Below, one piece after another: positions 8,829-18,749 of a DNA stretch of 64,000 bases. Position 1 is the stretch's first letter. Each line of letters begins with the position of its first letter. The translations under genes were made by a program, and so were the position numbers. The notes beneath the pieces are model-generated. The model had not been told where the DNA came from. It searched no databases and saw only the letters and a list, made by a program, of their open reading frames with translations. Source of the stretch: Chloropicon primus (Eukaryota); contig CP060769.1 in NCBI GenBank assembly GCA_023205875.1, positions 248,001-312,000 of the forward strand, given 5' to 3'.

Positions 8829-10391
8829 ATGGGACAGTGCTTCAGCAGCGACGGTTCAGCCGCGGCGGCGCCGGCGAAGGGCTCCGGGGGTAAGGGCGGC
8901 ATGTTCGGTTACCCTACGAATTTCGAGGACCTGTACGACACGGGCAAGGAGCTCGGTCGAGGCACGTTCGGCACGACGTACCTGTGCACGAAGAAGGGCA
9001 TGAGCGCCGAGGAGAAGGCCAAGCACACGTACGCGGTGAAGGTCATCCTGAAGTCGAGCTTGCAGGGCGAGGGCGACATCGAGGACGTCAAGAGGGAGGT
9101 CAAGATCATGCAGCTGCTGAAGGGGAAGTCCCACGTGGTGACGCTCGAGGACGCCTTCGAGGACAAGACCTCGGTCAAGATGATTCTGGAGCTGTGCGCC
9201 GGCGGTGAGCTCTTCGAGAGGATCATCTCCAAGAAGCACTATTCGGAGAAGGATGCCTCGACGATCGTGAGGCAGATGCTCGAGGTGGTGGGCGCCTGCC
9301 ACGTCAACGGGATCATCCACCGCGACCTCAAGCCGGAGAACTTCCTGTTCAGTTGCGAGGAGGAGGACTCTGAGCTCAAGGTCACGGACTTTGGCCTGTC
9401 GACCTTCTACCGCCACGGGCAGCGCTTCACCGAGGTGGTTGGCTCGGCGTACTACATCGCTCCCGAGGTTCTCCAGAGGGGGTACGGCCCTCCGTGCGAC
9501 ATCTGGAGCATCGGGGTGATCATGTACATCGTGCTTTGCGGCCGCCCGCCCTTCTTCGGAAGGACGGAGTCCGCCGTCTTCAACAACATTATGAAGGCGA
9601 AGGCTCGCCTGGAGGAGAACTTCAAGAGGGACCCCTGGCCCAAGATCACCAAGGAGGCGAAGGATTTGATCCGCAAGATGCTCAACATGGACCCGCAGGC
9701 CAGGATCACCGCCTCCCAGGCCCTGGCCCACGACTGGATCAGGAAGGACGGCGTGGCTCCAGACATTCCTCTGGATGTCAACGTCGTGCAGTCCCTCAAG
9801 GACTTCACTGGGTACTCCAAGATCAAGCAGTTGGCCCTCAGGCACGTCGCCCAGACGTACTCCGACGAGGAGATCAGGGACATCCGAGACCAGTTCGCGT
9901 TGATGGACAAGGACGGGACGGGAACCCTCTCTCTGGACGAGATGATCGAGGCGTTGCAGAACATGCAGCTCGGGGCGGACGAGAACAAGAGGAACGCTAT
10001 CGGAGAGGACGAGATCAAGGAGATCGTCAAGGCCATGGACTACGACGGAGACGGCGAGATCGATTACATGGAATTTGTGACCGCGGCGCTCCACATCACC
10101 CAGCAGCAGAGGGGGGACAAGGACGCTTGGCTCGGCAGGGTCAGGACCGCTTTTGACAAGATCGATGCGGATGGAAATGGCTACATCGACCTCAAGGAGC
10201 TCGAGTCAGAGCTCGCGGCGAGTGGGGAGACGCCGGAGGCGATCCAGGAGCTCATCAAGGAGCACGACGCCAATGGCGACGGCCTCATAGACTTCAACGA
10301 GTTCTCGGCCATCCTCAGGAACAGGGCTTCGAGCAGGACGAGGAGCAGGTCCAGGGGATCCAGAGGATCTTCTGGGAAGGGCAAAAAATAA
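8829..10391 (+). CDS. CPK: Calcium-dependent protein kinase (group IV, CPK16/18/28-like)
   Basis: MGQCFS acylation start at 8829; kinase motifs LGRGTFG, HRDLKPEN, DFG and APE; junction DIPLDVNV; four EF-hand loops. Confidence 0.95.
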   Translation: MGQCFSSDGSAAAAPAKGSGGKGGMFGYPTNFEDLYDTGKELGRGTFGTTYLCTKKGMSAEEKAKHTYAVKVILKSSLQGEGDIEDVKREVKIMQLLKGKSHVVTLEDAFEDKTSVKMILELCAGGELFERIISKKHYSEKDASTIVRQMLEVVGACHVNGIIHRDLKPENFLFSCEEEDSELKVTDFGLSTFYRHGQRFTEVVGSAYYIAPEVLQRGYGPPCDIWSIGVIMYIVLCGRPPFFGRTESAVFNNIMKAKARLEENFKRDPWPKITKEAKDLIRKMLNMDPQARITASQALAHDWIRKDGVAPDIPLDVNVVQSLKDFTGYSKIKQLALRHVAQTYSDEEIRDIRDQFALMDKDGTGTLSLDEMIEALQNMQLGADENKRNAIGEDEIKEIVKAMDYDGDGEIDYMEFVTAALHITQQQRGDKDAWLGRVRTAFDKIDADGNGYIDLKELESELAASGETPEAIQELIKEHDANGDGLIDFNEFSAILRNRASSRTRSRSRGSRGSSGKGKK

Positions 10392-10504
10392 AAGGGCTAA
10401 AGAACCAGTCATCACCACCACCTTTTTAACAAGGCCTACCAACACATCTTGCGAAAGAAACCAAAACATGATGTGGCGTTTGTGATTAAAATGTCACGGA
10501 AGCT

Positions 10505-13459
10505 TTATGAATCGATAACGTAGTTGGGGTTGAGGACCAGCGCCCTCTGCGTCAGATCGGTGCGGCCTTCCGCGTCTGCTTCCCCTTGCTCCATCACGAT
10601 CAGAGTCTGGTCGTTGTGAATCAAGTATTCCATCACCCTCTGCAGCAGGAGGTACTCCTGAGCCATCTGGTCCAGGGAGGAGAACTTTCCGCTCTTGCTG
10701 ACCTCGTCCATGTACCAGCGCATCAAGTCTGCCTGCTTCACGCCAGTGAACTGGCCCTCCGTGCTCGAAGCCTTCTTCTCCTCAGAGTCCAGGTAGTTCA
10801 CAATGAGGTCCGTCACCTCCCGGTACTTGGTGTAGCTCACGGAGGTTGGGACAGGGACGTTCTTCAAGGAAGCCCCGGCGTCCTGGTCCTCCGCCGGTTG
10901 CTCGCCTCCCTCCTGGCCTTCTCCCTCCTCCATTCTCTCGCGGATCACTCTGTGCCCGTGCTCGATGAAGTCCTGGAGAGACTCTGGCATTGGGGCCCTG
11001 TCGAGGTCCACGTCGTGGGCCTCCACGCTGATGATGGACGTCTTGAGCAACCGCTCCGCCTCGTGCACGTGGATGGGGGAGATGCTGAACTCGCAGTGGA
11101 CCCTCGCCAGCGCCTCGGAGAGCCTGATCATGGACTCGAGCTGCCTCACCGTCATGCGGTAAGCAAAGGACTGCCCGGGCTGGATGTCGTTGCTCCTGAG
11201 CCTGACGTAAGCCTGCTTCAGGGCCTGGGAGGCCTCTGGAGTCAACTTGGGCTTGATGTTCCTGGCGTACTTGATGTATCTCTGCAACTGCTGGTTTGTG
11301 TAAATCGGGGTAAGGGCCTCGCTCTTCTTCTGGTGGACCTTGACGATGTGGTGGGCGAGGTTGTAATCAAACGCGTCATCGGGCTCGTCGATCATGACGT
11401 GGATCAAGTCGAAACGAGACAAGATCGCTGGGGGCAAAGCCACGTTGTACTTGAGGCCCTTGGATCTGTCGTACCTTCCCCCCGCAGGGTTCGCGGCTGC
11501 GAGGATGGAGGTCCTGGCGTTCAAGGTGGCTTGGATACCAGCCTTGGAGATGGATATCGTCTGCTGTTCCATCGCCTCGTGGATGGCCACCTGGTCCTTC
11601 TGGTCCATCTTGTCGAACTCATCGATGCAGCAGATGCCGTTGTCGGCGAGCATGAGGGCACCAGCCTCGATGCAGAACTCTCCCGTCTCCACGTCCTTCA
11701 CCACACTGGCCGTGAGACCAGCCGCACTGGAGGCCTTTCCGGAGGTGTAGATGGTCCTCGGCATGAACGAGGCGACGTACTTGAGGAACTGAGACTTGGC
11801 GCAAGCCGGGTCGCCGACGACGCAGACGTTGATGTCTCCCCTGAGCTTAACGCCCTCCTTGGACTCCTTGTGCATCCCCCCGAAGAGCATCAGGAGGATG
11901 GCCCTCTTGATGTCAGCGTGGCCAAAGACCTTTGGAGCCATCGACTTGACCAAGTTGTTGTAGAGGTTCGGGTCCGACCTCATCAAGCCGATGTCCTGGA
12001 GCTCCTCCTCGGTGAACTGGGTTTCGCCCTCCTCCTCCTCCTCCATGGTCGACCCACCCTGGAGCATGGTGGAGATCTGGTCGGCCTGGGACTGGAAGTG
12101 GGCCAAGTGGACCGAGTTGGCCAAGAAAGCGAGCTTGTACGTCAGCTGGCGTGAGCCGAGGGCCTTGAGCCCCCCGATGCCCTCCCCCGCTGCGGAGGCG
12201 TTTCCTGACCTCCCCGCGGCGCTCCCTCTCCTCTGCTGGGCCTGGTCGGGGCTCCCCCCGATCTTCGAGGCGTTCCCCATCAGGGCGGCAGCGTCCGGGA
12301 TCACGATCAGGGAACCGGTGAAGACCATCCTATCTCCCGCCCTCGCCTTCTCGACGTTGTCGTTCCTGACCACCACGTCGATGGACCTCGGCATGCAGCC
12401 CGGTGGAACCTCGTCCGGGTTCTCCTGGACCCTCAGCCTCTGCCAGTCCACGAACTTGCAAGACTCTCTGAGAAGGGTGAAAGCGGTCCTGTTTCCGCAG
12501 GTGGGGTTGGAGCAGTTGGTAGGGTAGGTGAACCTGAACTGCTGCTCGACCCCGCTGTTCACGGTTCCGCACTCCCCGCACTTGAAGGAGGCCATGACGA
12601 GCTCGGGCCTCACCTCGCTCACCCTCGTCACCGTTCCGCAGAAGGAGGAGAGCTGGCCGATCCTCTCCGTCCTCAGCCCTCTCATCCTGAACACGCTGGG
12701 CAGGTTGAAGAAGCTGACCCAAAAGTCCTTGGCGGTCGAGCCCTTGGCGTCCCCGCCCTGGTTGCCGCCAGCGCCGTTGTCCATGCCGTTGGCGTTGATG
12801 GCCCCGGCGGCCGCCGTCCCGGCGAACGCGGGCTGGTGCTGCTGCACGAACCCGCCCACCGCCGCCCTCAGCGCCGGCTCGAAGCGGTAGTACTGCCCCT
12901 CCACGACCTCGCTCGCCAGGGTGGCGTCCCATTCGCTCAGGTGCTCGTAATCCACGTAAAGGGTCTGCCTGTTCTGAGCAGCCATCGCAGCGGCCTGCTC
13001 CACGTAGGGCCTCCTGATCCCTCCGTTCCCCTCCGTCCCGAGCCGCTCGCTCTCCTGCTCCGTCGTCGCGCCGCCCTGGTTGTTCGCCGTCTTCTCCTGG
13101 GAGCTCTGCTGCTGGGAACTCTGCTGCTGCGCCGTCTGGTCCGTCACAGTAAAGTTGTCCAAAAAGTTCACGAACGATCTCTTCACCGCTTCGCTCACCC
13201 TCGCGTCCGTCGGCTGCTCCTGCAAACCATCCTGCAACACCGTCGGGGTGCCGTTCGGGTCCGAACCCGTCGTCGTGCGCGTCGCCCCTCCTCCGCCAAC
13301 GTTCGTCGTCGCCGTCGGCGTCCTCAGCGACCTTCCTCCAACCGAACGCGATGCGGGGGTGAACCCTCCTCCCTGGGAACGAGAAACAGGCGTCAAGGGA
13401 GCGCGCCTCGGCGTCCCGTGGGGCGTCTGCTCCTCCACTGGCGTCCCGTCGTCCGCCAT
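10505..13459 (-). CDS. MCM6: DNA replication licensing factor MCM6
   Basis: Zn finger; GDPACAKSQ; GKASSAAGLTA; IDEFDKM; YRMTVRQLESMIRLSEA; C-terminal LNPNY; likely ATG at 13459. Confidence 0.95.
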   Translation of the reverse strand: MADDGTPVEEQTPHGTPRRAPLTPVSRSQGGGFTPASRSVGGRSLRTPTATTNVGGGGATRTTTGSDPNGTPTVLQDGLQEQPTDARVSEAVKRSFVNFLDNFTVTDQTAQQQSSQQQSSQEKTANNQGGATTEQESERLGTEGNGGIRRPYVEQAAAMAAQNRQTLYVDYEHLSEWDATLASEVVEGQYYRFEPALRAAVGGFVQQHQPAFAGTAAAGAINANGMDNGAGGNQGGDAKGSTAKDFWVSFFNLPSVFRMRGLRTERIGQLSSFCGTVTRVSEVRPELVMASFKCGECGTVNSGVEQQFRFTYPTNCSNPTCGNRTAFTLLRESCKFVDWQRLRVQENPDEVPPGCMPRSIDVVVRNDNVEKARAGDRMVFTGSLIVIPDAAALMGNASKIGGSPDQAQQRRGSAAGRSGNASAAGEGIGGLKALGSRQLTYKLAFLANSVHLAHFQSQADQISTMLQGGSTMEEEEEGETQFTEEELQDIGLMRSDPNLYNNLVKSMAPKVFGHADIKRAILLMLFGGMHKESKEGVKLRGDINVCVVGDPACAKSQFLKYVASFMPRTIYTSGKASSAAGLTASVVKDVETGEFCIEAGALMLADNGICCIDEFDKMDQKDQVAIHEAMEQQTISISKAGIQATLNARTSILAAANPAGGRYDRSKGLKYNVALPPAILSRFDLIHVMIDEPDDAFDYNLAHHIVKVHQKKSEALTPIYTNQQLQRYIKYARNIKPKLTPEASQALKQAYVRLRSNDIQPGQSFAYRMTVRQLESMIRLSEALARVHCEFSISPIHVHEAERLLKTSIISVEAHDVDLDRAPMPESLQDFIEHGHRVIRERMEEGEGQEGGEQPAEDQDAGASLKNVPVPTSVSYTKYREVTDLIVNYLDSEEKKASSTEGQFTGVKQADLMRWYMDEVSKSGKFSSLDQMAQEYLLLQRVMEYLIHNDQTLIVMEQGEADAEGRTDLTQRALVLNPNYVIDS

Positions 13460-13592
13460 CCTATTACGGTGATGCGATGGGTGTCGTCCGCGGCCGTCGT
13501 AGGGTGAATCGATCGACTCGATCACTCACCACCTCCTCTCTCTCTCCTCTCTCTTCTTTCCGTCCCCCCCGTTTGCTGAAAAAAAGAGAAAA

Positions 13593-13603
13593 TTTGGCGG
13601 GAA
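13593..13603. promoter_or_regulatory. Overlapping E2F/DP sites TTTGGCGGGAA upstream of MCM6
   Basis: Matches TTTSSCGS; second E2F-like TGGCGCGAA at 13667-13675; MCM genes are classical E2F targets. Confidence 0.7.
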
Positions 13604-14079
13604 CGCGAGCCGTGTAGAAATTCCATCTTGGATAGGGCAGAGAATTCAGGGAAAAATAAAAAAAAATGGCGCGAACTCAGAACTGGGGGAAGGAAAGGAA
13701 GGAGGAGGAGGGGTGTCCTCTCTCTCTCTCTCTCTCTCTTTCTGAGGAGGAAGGTTGGGAGGGGATTGCATTTGTTTATTGGATTGAGTGTCGAGGATTC
13801 TCTTTCTCTCTCTCTCGAGAGAGAGATCCATCGTTCATCGAAGCAAAGGAAGGCTCCACGGTGGTCGGGAGGAGACAACATAACATAATATGCATTCGAT
13901 CGACGTCAATCCTATGATCATTATCTTTTTGGAATAGAATAGAATCATGAATAAAACGGAAACCAATGGTCCAATTATTCGAATATACCTACTACCAAAA
14001 CGCTTTATCCTTCTCCTTATTCTGCTTATTCCCCGCCTATTGTATAACCAGAGTACTCTCCGTCGCTCCTCTTTCTCTC

Positions 14080-15468
14080 TCACTTGAAGCCCGTGCCGTA
14101 CTCACGGATGTTGATGATGCTGTCGACCCTCAGGTCCCACTGCACGAGGTTCACCACCACGGCACGAGCGGAGGACGAGTCGAACTGCACGAGGAGCTTC
14201 AAGTACGCCGTCTTGGCCTTGTGGTCCACGAAGACATCCTGGACCTTGCGGCGGAACGTGGTGGCCTCCAGCCACGCCACGAACGAGTCCCTCGTCTTCA
14301 CCCCGTCCAACGCGCTTATCCTGAAGTTCCTGCACAGCATCCCTCGGATCGCCTCGTAGTCGTCGGCCAGGAGGGCCTCGATGTAGCGGGCCACCACCGC
14401 GCCCAGGCCGGCCTCCCCCGCGGCCCCAAAGCCCCTCGTCCTCCTCACGGAGGCTGCCGCCCCGAGGACGTCGTCGTCGCCCTCCTCCTCCTCGTCGTCG
14501 TCCCGGCCGCTCGGCAGCAGACTCATGCCCTTGCCGAAGAGCTCGATCCTTTTCACGGCCGGGAGCGAGCTCGAGGTCAGCACGAGGTCCTCGCGGTACA
14601 GCCCGTCGCCGTCCCCGCTGCCGTACTCCTCGATGTCCCACCACACCGCTCCGCACAGCCGAAAGTGCTTGCTCCCGTACTCCACCACGTGCTCCGAGAT
14701 GGTCACGGAGTTGCCCTCGTCCACAAAGTTGTGCACGAGCTCGAAGCTGATGCTCGGGTCGCTGAACTTGGAGGTGGCCTCGATGACCGCCCGCTTCCCC
14801 TGCGCCACGCCCCCGGGCTCGTGCAGACTCATGTCGTCCCTCAGGATCGAGCCCAGGGAATCCAAGTCCCTGGCCTTCGGGTTCTTCGTGAAGTTCGAGA
14901 CCCTGATGTTGATGGCCGCAAAGTACCTCTTCCACAGGTTCCTCAGGGCGTGGCGCTTGCACATGACGTTCTCGTTCCCCCGCGACGACGACGACGAGAG
15001 CGGAGCCTGCGGTGCGGAGGCGGCGGAGGCGGAGGCGGGGAGCGACCTCTCTGCCTCGCCGCAAGCCTGCCTCGATTTCCTCTCCAGCTCCTGCGTGTTG
15101 CTCAGGCTCCTGATCCAGTTCGGGGTGTGCTTTCCGCTGCCGGCCGGTCGAAGGGCCCGCGCCGGCTCCGAGTTGGACCGCCAGATCACCTGGGGCGACG
15201 ACGAACGAGAGGAAGACGTCTTCGCCTTCATCATCGTCGTCTCCGTCTTCGTCTTGGGCTTGCACTGGTGGCAAAAGCAGGAGGACGCCCTCCTCCTCGC
15301 CAGGAGGGCCTTGAGCCTGTGGACCACCGAAACCGTGACGAAGACCGTCCTGAAGGACCTCCTTTTCCCCCGCTTCCGCACGCCCTTGCGCAGCGACGGA
15401 GGGATGTCCTCCTCCTCCTCGACCACGTCCTCCGCGGTCCCCAGCATTCTCGTCGCCGTCAGCAGCAT
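14080..15468 (-). CDS. Hypothetical protein with two NTF2/SnoaL-like domains
   Basis: YFAAIN..DLDSLGSILRDDMSLHEPGGVAQGKRAV and VVARYIEALLADDYEAIRGML resemble SnoaL-like N-terminal helices; alternative start at 15234. Confidence 0.6.
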   Translation of the reverse strand: MLLTATRMLGTAEDVVEEEEDIPPSLRKGVRKRGKRRSFRTVFVTVSVVHRLKALLARRRASSCFCHQCKPKTKTETTMMKAKTSSSRSSSPQVIWRSNSEPARALRPAGSGKHTPNWIRSLSNTQELERKSRQACGEAERSLPASASAASAPQAPLSSSSSRGNENVMCKRHALRNLWKRYFAAINIRVSNFTKNPKARDLDSLGSILRDDMSLHEPGGVAQGKRAVIEATSKFSDPSISFELVHNFVDEGNSVTISEHVVEYGSKHFRLCGAVWWDIEEYGSGDGDGLYREDLVLTSSSLPAVKRIELFGKGMSLLPSGRDDDEEEEGDDDVLGAAASVRRTRGFGAAGEAGLGAVVARYIEALLADDYEAIRGMLCRNFRISALDGVKTRDSFVAWLEATTFRRKVQDVFVDHKAKTAYLKLLVQFDSSSARAVVVNLVQWDLRVDSIINIREYGTGFK

Positions 15469-16025
15469 CGAGACAGAGAGAGACAGAGAGAAGCAGCAGA
15501 GAAAGGCGGCTTCACCTCAAGTACCTCATCTTAACAACAACAACAACAAGAGAGCAAACACCGTCGTCGTCGTCGTCCTCGTCGTTGTCGTTGTCGTTGT
15601 CGGAGTGAGGTGAGTGACTCGCGTCGCGTTTGCCGTTACGTTCTGCTCTGCTCTGCTCGTGTCACGACCGTTACGAACACGTGTGATCCGAAACGGTTTT
15701 GCTCGAGAGTTGTTTTCCCCTTTTCCCTTTGGTTTTTTTTTTGGGGAGATTAGATTTGTTTTAGCCCCAACTTACCCCGTAGTTTGGGGCGGCCGATATT
15801 CAGGCCACAGGACGAGGGCCCCGCGCCCGCTGGGTTTCTGTTCTGGGAGTCAAAGGAGTCCTTTGGGAGGGCGGACGGTCCTGCGGTTCGGTCGCCTCGC
15901 TGGTCTCTCCCCCCCTTTTTTTTCCTTCTTCTTCCGCTTCGGCGCTTCGTCTCCTTTGGTTTTTGCAAGCGTTGTTGCTGTTGTGCCGTGGCGTGTCGTT
16001 TCATCGGTTGGTTGCTTGTGTTCCG

Positions 16026-17024
16026 ATGCTTGAGAGCATCCTGGGGGACATCCTGAGGGACATGAGCGCCATCACCGCGTCCCTGGAGGAGTCGGACGCC
16101 CTGGCGGAGAAGATTGCTTTGGCCAAACGGGCGCTGTCCCAACTGAAGGAGGAGAACAAGCACAACAGCAGCAGCAAGAAGGTTGGGGCGTCGCCGCCCT
16201 CGTCGCCTGGCGGAGTCGGCACGACTCGACTCCCGGCGCCGACTCCGCCAGGATCGCCCTCGACGACGGCGGTGGGGAGCGACAGGGTGAGGGGCGTGCT
16301 GGAGAGCCTGGGGCTAATGCCTCCTGCTGGGGGGGTGGCCAGCCTGAATTCGATCGCGGCGGCGGTGGCGGCCACGAGGAGCGCCCCAGGGTTGTCCCCG
16401 TCCCCGTCCACGTCCAGCCTGCTGGCCCAGCAGAAGGAGAAGACCTCCGCGTACAGGGGAATCACGCGGAGGAAGAAGAGGTGGGAGGCCCACGTCTGGA
16501 GGCACGGGAAGCAGGCGTACCTCGGGGGGTACAGGGACGAGGAGGAGGCCGCCCGGGCCTACGACTTGGCGGTCCTGAAGATCAGGGGGAGGGAAGCGGA
16601 GACGAACTTCCCGCCGGAGAACTACCTGCAGGATCTCAGGGACATGGGGGCCGAGGGGATGACCGCGGAGGAGTTCATCAGGGAGCTGAGGGAGCGAGCC
16701 AAGCAGAGGGGCAAGCAGGTGAGGGAGGAGGAGGAGGACAAGAGGATCGAGGCCCTGAGGCGCATCACGTCCTCCCTGCACCAGAGCCACCAACACGCGA
16801 GCAACCCGGTGGGGTTGGGAGCGAGGAGGACCGAGACGGCGCTGTGGTCCGGCTCCGTCGGCCTCAGCAAATTGATCGAGGACGAGAAGCTGGCCCTGCT
16901 CATCCAGCACCTCCGCTGCCAGGGGCAGCAGAGCAATCAGCAGGAGCAAGAAGCTCTGCTGCAGCTGCTGGTGGCGTCCCAGACGGCCCCGAACTCGGCG
17001 AAGAGCGAAGGGTCCACGTTCTAG
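16026..17024 (+). CDS. AP2-domain transcription factor (single domain)
   Basis: SAYRGITRRKKRWEAHVW...YLGGY..EEEAARAYD.A.LKIRG..A.TNFP; ATG at 16026. Confidence 0.92.
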   Translation: MLESILGDILRDMSAITASLEESDALAEKIALAKRALSQLKEENKHNSSSKKVGASPPSSPGGVGTTRLPAPTPPGSPSTTAVGSDRVRGVLESLGLMPPAGGVASLNSIAAAVAATRSAPGLSPSPSTSSLLAQQKEKTSAYRGITRRKKRWEAHVWRHGKQAYLGGYRDEEEAARAYDLAVLKIRGREAETNFPPENYLQDLRDMGAEGMTAEEFIRELRERAKQRGKQVREEEEDKRIEALRRITSSLHQSHQHASNPVGLGARRTETALWSGSVGLSKLIEDEKLALLIQHLRCQGQQSNQQEQEALLQLLVASQTAPNSAKSEGSTF

Positions 17025-17163
17025 GAGGGCAGGGGGGAGAGGGAGAACAATTCTTTGTAAAACTAAACGCACCAAAAAAATAAAAACAAGTCTATTCATG
17101 CATGGAACGACAAACAAAAAGAGAGAGAGAAAACGTTGCCTCCTCCAGGAGTCCTCCTTCTTC

Positions 17164-17550
17164 TCAGAGGCAAATTTTGAAGCTCTCGCTGTTGCAGCCC
17201 ACCGCCATGAAGGAGTTCAGAGACAGCACGGAGAGCGCGCTTTGTGTTCGCGATCGTGTCAGGCGGGCTGGTGCGCCGGCGCGATGAGAAGGGCTGAGAA
17301 CTGCTTACCTGTTCGTGCTCAGCACGCTCATGAAGGAGTTGAGCGAGAGCAAGGAGAGGATGCCGTTGGTGGAGAGCACCGAGAGGATCCCGTTCGCGGA
17401 GAAGAGGGTCAAAAAAGTCACGCCCACACTGAAAGCACTGAAGTAGCAGTAGCCGTGCGTCCGGTAGGATCTGTAACCGCTGCGTTCCTTTCGGCAGCTG
17501 CCCTCGTTGGGTCCCCCGAGCTCCACGTCCTTGCCGTCGTTGCCCTTCAT
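17164..17550 (-). CDS. Spliced 105-aa protein with five 9-residue S-x-N-[GS]-x-[LM]-S-[VL]-L repeats
   Basis: Exons 17550..17309 and 17239..17164; 69-nt intron GTAAG..CCTGAC..AAG; the repeat register continues across the junction. Confidence 0.8.
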
Positions 17551-17861
17551 CCTCCTTGTTTCTTTTTTCTCTCTTTCGCGTTGTCAAATCGTCGCCACAG
17601 GGTCGTTTCCTTCGAGCGACAGCTCGTTCGAAAGAGCAAGAGAAGACGCTGGTGGTGGTTTCGTCCTCCGTCTTTCTCTCTTTCCGAGACGCGCGCGCTC
17701 TCCGTTCCTCCTTCTTTTTCTGCCTCGTCCCCGTGGTTCGCCCTCGTGCTCGCCCGTTATGATGGTTCAGCGGAAGGGAGAAAACCAGGAAAAACAGAGA
17801 GAGGAGGAACCAGGAAGAAGCTAAGGTCGATGACAGGCTGAGACATTGTCTTGGTTAAGAA

Positions 17862-18300
17862 TTAGCATTGATTCAATCGATGACGTGCTGGTGGTTGGTT
17901 GAAGAACGTCGCCCCGCTTATGCATTCAGTTCGGCTCCAAGGGCAAGGCGGGTCCTGGCTTCGAGCCCACTGCAGAACATCAAGGTGACCTCCTTCAGCT
18001 GCTTTATGACAAGTCCACACGTTCCAAGGGCAAGGCGGGTCCTGGCTTCGAGCCCACTGCAGAACATTAAGGTGACCTCCTCGAGCTGCCCCTCTACAAG
18101 TCCCCTCACCAAACTCGCAACCCTCGCTCCTCAACCATTCCAGCACATCAATGTGACCGCCCCCAGCGGCTCCTACAGTTGCCACCCCATATCCCCAGCG
18201 CTTGGTATCGAAACGAATATCCCCGTGGCGCACCAACCACTTCATGACCTTCTTGCTGCCCTGGAAAGCGGCGAGGTGCATCAGGTCACAAACCTCCTCC
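17862..18300 (-). pseudogene. Decayed ankyrin-repeat gene fragment (CPW..TC..AA.GGHL.VLQW type)
   Basis: 29-aa repeats (87-bp DNA duplication 17937/18024); no ATG-led N-terminal region; 4-bp duplication at 17893-17900 and a TGA at 17873-17875 disrupt an HQHVID(W)I-type terminus. Confidence 0.7.
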
Positions 18301-18749
18301 TCTCCTTCTCTCCACCTTCCTCCCTCCGCCGCGCGCTCCCGTCCTCGTTCCTTGTCGATCGAGTGTAACGCTCCATCCGCACGTTACACCCAAATCAGAA
18401 ACCCTCGGTTTTATTTTTTTGCCAAAAATGCCGAGAAACGCATTTTTGTGTCCATGTGTAGAAATCCTCACGTCAGTTGCAAAACATCGAAATCGGGAAG
18501 AAACCGCTAGTTTCTGTTGCCAAAATCCTTCCTTTCTTAGACTGTGGCCAGCCAGAGTTTTCGTAACAGAAAGGCGTTACGAACGGAGGCGAGCGAGCCA
18601 GAGTTACTGTGACTGTTGCGTTCCATCCATTCGAAACCGACGCAAAGGTTCTTTGGTTTGGTTTGGGTTTGTGCTCCCCTTTGGAGAGAGGTAGAGGAGG
18701 TTCTCGGCTTCCTGCGTCTCTCTGTCTCTCTCTCTCTCCTGTGTCTGCC

